A stretch of 62,355 bases of DNA from the IMG/VR virus record IMGVR_UViG_3300030372_004273, positions 1-62,355 of that record; one strand, 5' to 3'. Made by a program: the position numbers and the translations under genes. Source of the DNA: a virus. Lineage: Duplodnaviria > Caudoviricetes. The notes below the pieces were generated by a model. It saw nothing but the letters and a program-made list of their open reading frames with translations, was not told the DNA's origin and made no database searches. Positions 57,002 to 62,355 of this stretch are shown piece after piece; position 1 is the stretch's first letter, and each line of letters begins with the position of its first letter.

Positions 57002-57417
57002 TATTTTTTCATTTGTCTGTTTTTATTTATCATTTGCAACCCTTGCTTACCAAACCTATATCCAAAACTAGCACCTATAGAAATGTATAAACAATTTTGA
57101 AACCATGTAGGACAATGCTCATCTAAGAATATAAACCCTTCTTTTACATACTCTTGTGTCCAAGGGAGAAAACATCCCAGTAAAATACCACCGAATATAA
57201 TTGTCCAAAACTCATCTTTCCAACTTCCTGCCATTTGGCTAGTTAAGTTTTGTTCCATGAGCATAGAACTCGTAGCTTCTGTTTCGTAAACCTTTGCTTC
57301 AGCTTTTGCTCTAGCTACCTTAACTTCGGTTTCTGCTTTTGCTTTATTTACTCTGCCCTCTAGCCAAGTTCCAGCGAGACTAGCTATTGGTGAAATTAAA
57401 CTGCTTAACATTTCCAC
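57001..57417 (-). CDS. Putative holin-like membrane protein
   Basis: SWKDEFW followed by two hydrophobic segments, SFG.R and a basic tail. Confidence 0.65.
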   Translation of the reverse strand: MEMLSSLISPIASLAGTWLEGRVNKAKAETEVKVARAKAEAKVYETEATSSMLMEQNLTSQMAGSWKDEFWTIIFGGILLGCFLPWTQEYVKEGFIFLDEHCPTWFQNCLYISIGASFGYRFGKQGLQMINKNRQMKK

Positions 57418-57677
57418 CTTCTTCTTGCTTGCCTGATTCTAGAATTAGGATTATTTCTTGTTTTAGCTGAACTTCTTTTCAACTGTCCTAACGACCTAGC
57501 ACAATAAGACTTACGTCTCTTCGCGGCTTTACTCCCTTTTTTTACTTTTCCAGTAACAGCTCCTTGAAGTTTACTCCCAGGATTTTGCCTACGATAAAAC
57601 TTTATTCCTGCTTTTGTCATTCCTGCCCCTTTTTCAGTAGGGCGATAATACTTTTTACTTCTAGGAGGGTTAGCCAT
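57405..57677 (-). CDS. Small basic protein
   Basis: GAGMT.AG...NPGSKL...RRKSYCARS...ARRRWKC. Confidence 0.75.
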   Translation of the reverse strand: MANPPRSKKYYRPTEKGAGMTKAGIKFYRRQNPGSKLQGAVTGKVKKGSKAAKRRKSYCARSLGQLKRSSAKTRNNPNSRIRQARRRWKC

Positions 57678-57679
57678 AC

Positions 57680-57808
57680 TTACTTCCTTTTCTTTTTAGG
57701 CTTTTTCTTTATAATGTTTTTTAAAGTTTTAGCTTGTGAAGCATGCAATTTAGAAGCTTTATTTAAACCTTTAATTACTTTTTTCATTTTTTTAACTGCG
57801 TGGGGCAT
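57680..57808 (-). CDS. 42-aa Lys-rich protein (absent from the ORF track)
   Basis: MPHAVKKMKKVIKGLNKASKLHASQAKTLKNIIKKKPKKKRK; tightly packed between neighbours. Confidence 0.72.
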   Translation of the reverse strand: MPHAVKKMKKVIKGLNKASKLHASQAKTLKNIIKKKPKKKRK

Positions 57809-57809
57809 T

Positions 57810-57938
57810 TTACTTCCTTTTCTTTTTAGGGAATCCTGCTTGCATTCTTTTGTATGCTTTTCTAGTTATTGTAGAATTTTTCTTAGAACGTGAAGTGCCA
57901 GATTTTTTTCTTCTGTTGATGTTTTCGTATAGTGACAT
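57810..57938 (-). CDS. 42-aa Lys/Arg-rich protein (absent from the ORF track)
   Basis: MSLYENINRRKKSGTSRSKKNSTITRKAYKRMQAGFPKKKRK; TAATG overlap with the upstream gene. Confidence 0.72.
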   Translation of the reverse strand: MSLYENINRRKKSGTSRSKKNSTITRKAYKRMQAGFPKKKRK

Positions 57939-58189
57939 TATGTTTTCTTCTTTCCTTTTCCTAATAAATCAGAATCTGCTTTTCTTGCTCCACCTCTACC
58001 AGAAACGAAACTCTTTACACGACCCATAGCCCAAGCGTGTTGAGATGTTTTTGGTCTACTACCAGAACTAAAATACGCTCCTAATCCTCTTTTGTAAACC
58101 TTATCTAAAGTTGATTTAGAAAATTTTCCTGCTCCAGGAATAGATCCATACTTACCACTGCTTTTCTTTTTAGTTACTTTTGTAGCCAT
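57938..58189 (-). CDS. Small basic protein
   Basis: VYKRGLGAYFSSGSRP..SQH.WAMGRVKSF...ARKADSDL. Confidence 0.75.
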   Translation of the reverse strand: MATKVTKKKSSGKYGSIPGAGKFSKSTLDKVYKRGLGAYFSSGSRPKTSQHAWAMGRVKSFVSGRGGARKADSDLLGKGKKKT

Positions 58190-58371
58190 TAACTTTTACT
58201 CCTTTTTTTACTTATTCTTTCCATCATTGCAGGAGTCAGTTTACCCTGTCTATATAACTTAGCTGTTCTTTTTATTTCAGCTTCTCTAGCTTTAGGGTTT
58301 TTCGCTCCTTTTAAATAAACTTTAGGAACACCTTTTTTACTCTTAGGTACTTTAGGAAATTTTCGTTTCAT
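58189..58371 (-). CDS. Small basic protein
   Basis: GVPK.YL.G...RE.EIK; Lys/Arg-rich. Confidence 0.7.
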   Translation of the reverse strand: MKRKFPKVPKSKKGVPKVYLKGAKNPKAREAEIKRTAKLYRQGKLTPAMMERISKKRSKS

Positions 58372-58373
58372 AC

Positions 58374-58574
58374 TTAACCTTTTATCTTTTTAGTTATCCA
58401 CAAAAACATAGCGTATACTGCCAAACCATAGACAGTTGCAATACCAATATCAACTAAATGTTCACGCATGTGATATATAAACTGTATCCCTGCTTCTACA
58501 TCACTACTGCCACCATCATTAAAATTAACTGTTTTAGTTAAATTTTCTACATCGCTTATTGTTTGTTCCATCAT
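58374..58574 (-). CDS. Small membrane protein
   Basis: C-terminal hydrophobic helix. Confidence 0.65.
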   Translation of the reverse strand: MMEQTISDVENLTKTVNFNDGGSSDVEAGIQFIYHMREHLVDIGIATVYGLAVYAMFLWITKKIKG

Positions 58575-58580
58575 TTTTTC

Positions 58581-58769
58581 TTACTCTTTTTTCGGAACCG
58601 ATTTAGGAACGCAATAAGCTTTAACCCAAATTTTGCTGTCCCCTGCGAGGGAAGGGTCATAGTTTTGTGACCTAATTTTCTGTGCAACTCTAAGACACGC
58701 GTCCAAATCACTGAAATAGACACTTTCTTGCACCGTTCCTGATAAAAATACAACTAAGAGCCATGTCAT
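58581..58769 (-). CDS. Small protein with hydrophobic N-terminus and a Cys pair
   Basis: MTWLLVVFL...F.....C...AYCVP. Confidence 0.65.
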   Translation of the reverse strand: MTWLLVVFLSGTVQESVYFSDLDACLRVAQKIRSQNYDPSLAGDSKIWVKAYCVPKSVPKKE

Positions 58770-59095
58770 TTACCATTTTCTTTTGACCGAGTAAAAGCAG
58801 TCGTTCCCATAAATGTTGCAACTATACCCAAGTTTGCCACGACATAAGTAGAAAGTAAAGCTGTAACCATCTCAACTCTTGTATCTGGTATTACTGGTGA
58901 CATAACTAAAACAATTAAAATAATAGATGATATAGAAGATACCCAACAAAGCATACGTTGTTGGTCTTGCATCTTATCGGAGTTTTCTAAACGTATCATG
59001 TGTTCAGACCGTGCCAGTTCTGTGTCGGTAACTACGCCATCACCGTCTAAATCAAACTGTTCGTACTTACTGCCTTTTTCTAGTTTTTTAGACAC
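58766..59095 (-). CDS. EF-hand-like loop plus two TM helices
   Basis: DLDGDGVVTDTE loop; two hydrophobic segments; GTG start. Confidence 0.7.
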   Translation of the reverse strand: MSKKLEKGSKYEQFDLDGDGVVTDTELARSEHMIRLENSDKMQDQQRMLCWVSSISSIILIVLVMSPVIPDTRVEMVTALLSTYVVANLGIVATFMGTTAFTRSKENGK

Positions 59096-59367
59096 TAGAA
59101 AACTCCGGAAAACTTAGTCCCTCTAATCGCGGCTCCTGTCCCACGCATAACGTTTTTAGTTTTCTTCTTTTTCTTTTTAAGTATTTCTCCACCCTTTGGG
59201 CTTCCTTTACTTCTCATTCTTATTTTTCTACCCATAACTTCTCCTTCTTGTGGTTGATTACCAAAATGCAATTGAATCATTGCATCAATTTCCATTACTT
59301 TATCCATGTCTCCTGCTTCTTGTGCAAATTTTCTTTCTTCTATAAGCATATCTAAGTTACTTGACAT
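59095..59367 (-). CDS. Hypothetical protein with basic C-terminus
   Basis: RGTGAAIRGTKFSGVF end; AAGGAG RBS. Confidence 0.7.
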   Translation of the reverse strand: MSSNLDMLIEERKFAQEAGDMDKVMEIDAMIQLHFGNQPQEGEVMGRKIRMRSKGSPKGGEILKKKKKKTKNVMRGTGAAIRGTKFSGVF

Positions 59368-59378
59368 TTATTTCTCCT

Positions 59379-60122
59379 TTACTTGGGAACACCCATTATA
59401 CGTTGTAATGCAATTAACGGACTTTCGTAAGCCCTGTTTCTTAGTGTAGAAGCAACTCCCGTTTTAAATAAAGGACTTGTTTCATCTACTCCTGCATAGC
59501 CTAATGATCTCATAACATTTGCGTATGGATTATTGGTTACTATACCCTCTACCATATTGCTTGGATTTTGGTAAATATTATCTATAAATTCTTGTGCTGT
59601 AGCAGGAGGATTATAACCTTCCAAAGTAATAACATTTCTTATAGGGTTTCCAGTTTTATCTGTACTACCTACATTGATATTACCAGTTCCATAACGTTGA
59701 GCATTGAGAGCAGATTGTAATAACGCTCCCTCGTTTTGTTGCAAAAATTCTGGCAACTTATGTTTCGGTCCATATAAAGCAGTGCCTAAACTAAACGGTC
59801 CTTTATCTAAAGTGAAACCCTGTATTCCATCAATTGAAAATTCTTTGCCATATAAATCTTTGTTAGGTATAGTTACATTTCTATCACCACTTCCAGAGGG
59901 CATAAGACTAGCTATACCTTTTTTTATTTTGCTAAGAATGTTTTCTTTTTGCAAAGCTTCTTTAGGAACTTGGTCTTGCATCATACTTGCAAATTCTTTT
60001 TTCTTATCTTTTGTAAGTATGTTTTTATCTCTAGTTTTTTTAGTGGCGATTGTGCCTTTACCACCTTTTTTATCTTTTACTACACCATCGTCAGTTGAAA
60101 TAGTCCCACTAAAAGTGACCAT
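59379..60122 (-). CDS. Hypothetical protein
   Basis: 247 aa; TAATG-coupled to the portal gene. Confidence 0.7.
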   Translation of the reverse strand: MVTFSGTISTDDGVVKDKKGGKGTIATKKTRDKNILTKDKKKEFASMMQDQVPKEALQKENILSKIKKGIASLMPSGSGDRNVTIPNKDLYGKEFSIDGIQGFTLDKGPFSLGTALYGPKHKLPEFLQQNEGALLQSALNAQRYGTGNINVGSTDKTGNPIRNVITLEGYNPPATAQEFIDNIYQNPSNMVEGIVTNNPYANVMRSLGYAGVDETSPLFKTGVASTLRNRAYESPLIALQRIMGVPK

Positions 60123-62278
60123 TATTTGTTACCTCCGTGTGCTTGTTGAGTTCTTTCCATTGCTATCTTAGCTCTCATTTCAGCTATATCTTCAGTGCTA
60201 TCTATTCTTTCTTTTTGAACTCCAACGTTTTCTTGCTGTTTTACTTTATCAAAATTTAAACGCATTTGATCTAACTGTTGATTAGCCACATTGTCTTGTT
60301 CTCTTATAGCTAACTCTTGTTTTTTGATTTCAACTAACGGATCACTGTTTGGTTGTGGTGGATACTGTTGTTGATATTCAGCAATTAACTCTGCTTGTTT
60401 TCTAGCTATGCTAGACTGCATCGCCATTTGCACTTGTGGGTTTTTCATATCAGCTTGACCCATTTCCTGTTGCACCATATTTTGAGCCTTTAATGTTAAA
60501 TGTTCATAAACATGATTTTCTAAAGTAGTAGCTATCTGTGGTTGCAAAGTACTTGCTTTTGATAACATGTATGCCTGATGTACTGCAATATGTGCATCAT
60601 GGTCTTGTTCAGGAAAAGCTTTCAATTCACCTTGCCCTATAATTACTTTCATGATTTCATTGTTTTCTGTTCCAGGATCTTTTGGCTGTGGTGGATTAGG
60701 TGGTGTTAATATTTGATCAATTTGATCTACACCTAATGCTTCATACATTCTACGATAAGACTCATACATATTGTGCATTTGAGGGCTTGCTTGAGCTAAC
60801 TTCAACTGCTCTTGAGCAAGCACTACCCTTTGTGACATACTAAAAATATTAGGATCACTTACTGGAATTACATCAATGCGTGGGTCAAAATCTTGAGCCT
60901 TGATTGAAGGATCAGCCCCCACGTCATAAGGATAAGGAGTTGGGTCTTCTGCAAAAAGAGTAGCAATCATTTTAAGTTCTAACTTCAAACTTGCATGTAA
61001 TCGTTTATGTATTGCACTGATTATCCGTGAACCACGCTCCAATAATGCTATTGTTGTTCCAACTGGCATCTCTTGTCTGCCATCGCCTACACCTATCTCG
61101 CTTGTACCAACAAACTTTTCTGCAGAGCCAACAACAAAACCCATCAACTGAAACAATGTTGCACTCGGCTCTTTATAAGGTAAAGGTATCAAACTACTTT
61201 TTAAATCACCTCCTGGAACATCAACATCTCTAAACTCTCCTGGCTGTAACGGATCAGAATCATCTGCTATACGCAAACCCCTCGCTTTAAATCCTGCAGG
61301 CATATTTGCGAGTGTTCCTGCATCTATCAACTGACGCAAATTAGCTGTTGCTGTTCTAGATAAATTACCCAACAAGTGAATCAAACCAAAACCATAAAAC
61401 CCTAATCCTGGAGTAAACTTGTACTGCACAAAATGTGGGATTTTATTTTTCATAGTATCTTCAGGTGAATAGTTTCTACGAATAGAAAGTACTTGTTCCG
61501 TGTCTACACAAACTGTTATTATGTATGGTAGCTTAATTTCGTTTTCGTCAGGGAACTCTTCTAAGTTAAAATAACAATGACATTCATATAAAGTATAATC
61601 TTGGCTTCTGTCACTAGGATCACGACCTTCTAAGTCATCATACTTTTCTTGTATTTCAGTATCAGATCTACTTGCAGAACCAGTTAATTCCATATCAGCA
61701 TATACACCACTCACTTGAAGTTTGCGTAGCTCGTTTTCTGATATTTTAATTACATGCGTTACTCTTTCTGCTGATTTTAAATCAGTTGCTGAGTAGCTTA
61801 CCAATATATCTTCTGATGTTATGAATTTACTTACAGGACGGTTTAGGGAAGTATCGCGATATACTTTTTTAAAAGCACTTCCTGCCAAACCTAAAAAATA
61901 GAGCATTTGGTCATACTCTGGCTCATACTCTTCCATGTTATACATAATTTGATAATTCAAATATTCTTGTACTCGTTGAGCTTGTTGTTCTAACATTGGA
62001 TTAGCTGTGCCAATTATCTGAGCTCTAACTGGTCCACTAGAAGGCAAAAGTTCCTTGTACGCTTGAGCTTGAAACTGAGTTACTGCTTCGTTTAAAATTG
62101 GATGTGTTACACCAGTTGCTCCATCAAAAGGCTCTGTACGGTTTTCGTATTTTAAACCAAGTAAATCTAAACCACGAGTATACGAATCTTCCCAATCTTT
62201 ACGGCTTGCTCTATCCTCTTCTGCATTAGTAAGAACATAAGAAGAAACTTCGTCAAGCGTAGAATCGGAAACACTATT
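60122..62278 (-). CDS. Portal protein, main part (begins at 190 across the junction)
   Basis: SRKDWE...GLDLLGLK...HPILNEAV.QFQAQAYKELLP, GSAFKKVY, GFYGFGLIH, RQLIDAGTL.N.PAGFK; follows terL. Confidence 0.9.
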   Translation of the reverse strand, partial: NSVSDSTLDEVSSYVLTNAEEDRASRKDWEDSYTRGLDLLGLKYENRTEPFDGATGVTHPILNEAVTQFQAQAYKELLPSSGPVRAQIIGTANPMLEQQAQRVQEYLNYQIMYNMEEYEPEYDQMLYFLGLAGSAFKKVYRDTSLNRPVSKFITSEDILVSYSATDLKSAERVTHVIKISENELRKLQVSGVYADMELTGSASRSDTEIQEKYDDLEGRDPSDRSQDYTLYECHCYFNLEEFPDENEIKLPYIITVCVDTEQVLSIRRNYSPEDTMKNKIPHFVQYKFTPGLGFYGFGLIHLLGNLSRTATANLRQLIDAGTLANMPAGFKARGLRIADDSDPLQPGEFRDVDVPGGDLKSSLIPLPYKEPSATLFQLMGFVVGSAEKFVGTSEIGVGDGRQEMPVGTTIALLERGSRIISAIHKRLHASLKLELKMIATLFAEDPTPYPYDVGADPSIKAQDFDPRIDVIPVSDPNIFSMSQRVVLAQEQLKLAQASPQMHNMYESYRRMYEALGVDQIDQILTPPNPPQPKDPGTENNEIMKVIIGQGELKAFPEQDHDAHIAVHQAYMLSKASTLQPQIATTLENHVYEHLTLKAQNMVQQEMGQADMKNPQVQMAMQSSIARKQAELIAEYQQQYPPQPNSDPLVEIKKQELAIREQDNVANQQLDQMRLNFDKVKQQENVGVQKERIDSTEDIAEMRAKIAMERTQQAHGGNK

Positions 62279-62355
62279 TACTAAATTGCCAAAAAAATCA
62301 TCTGGTTCTGGACTTACTTGTACAGACTCTTGCTCCTGTTCTTCTTCATCAGTCG
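62279..62355. repeat. 77-nt terminal direct repeat, copy 2
   Basis: Identical to positions 2-78. Confidence 0.95.

Noticed and set aside
62279-62355. Biological terminal repeat or att site
   Set aside because: It is exactly 77 nt (a common assembler k-mer) and lies inside the portal coding sequence; best read as circular assembly overlap.
1-62355. Prophage or alternative genetic code
   Set aside because: There are no host genes or integrase; genes are full length and tightly packed under the standard code, with TAA, TAG and TGA all used as stops.

Overview
The window is a complete, circularly assembled ~62.3 kb AT-rich tailed dsDNA phage genome. Bases 2-78 recur exactly at 62279-62355, and the portal gene runs across that junction. 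The architecture is podovirus-like and resembles marine phages by recall; no search was run. A leftward virion arm runs terL, portal, small basic proteins, GroES-like protein, scaffold, major capsid, neck/adaptor proteins, tail fibres with S74 chaperone domains, nozzle and ejection proteins. A leftward early/replication arm carries SSB, primase, UvrD helicase, DUF932, a DNA-modification cassette, PolA, lysozyme, DenV-like and AlkB-like genes and terS, with a divergent SNF2 helicase. I saw no integrase, RNA polymerase, tRNA, CRISPR array or methyltransferase. The main result is four linked observations. (1) A thymidine-hypermodification cassette (dUMP hydroxymethylase-like, 5hmdU DNA kinase-like, GT-B glycosyltransferase, putative dNTP pyrophosphatase) has no recognisable amino acid:DNA transferase. 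(2) A 630-nt transcription unit (1806-2435) contains only one TC/GA dinucleotide and so encodes an Asp/Glu-free protein, next to a paralog that does use Asp/Glu. (3) A tract dense in TC-NNN-GA motifs directly abuts it. (4) Genome-wide, CCGG, CGCG and CCWGG survive almost only inside a TC/GA context, while GCWGC is avoided. I infer a TpC-directed base modification plus a deliberately modification-free bootstrap gene. All counts are by eye and all functional calls are from recognised motifs.
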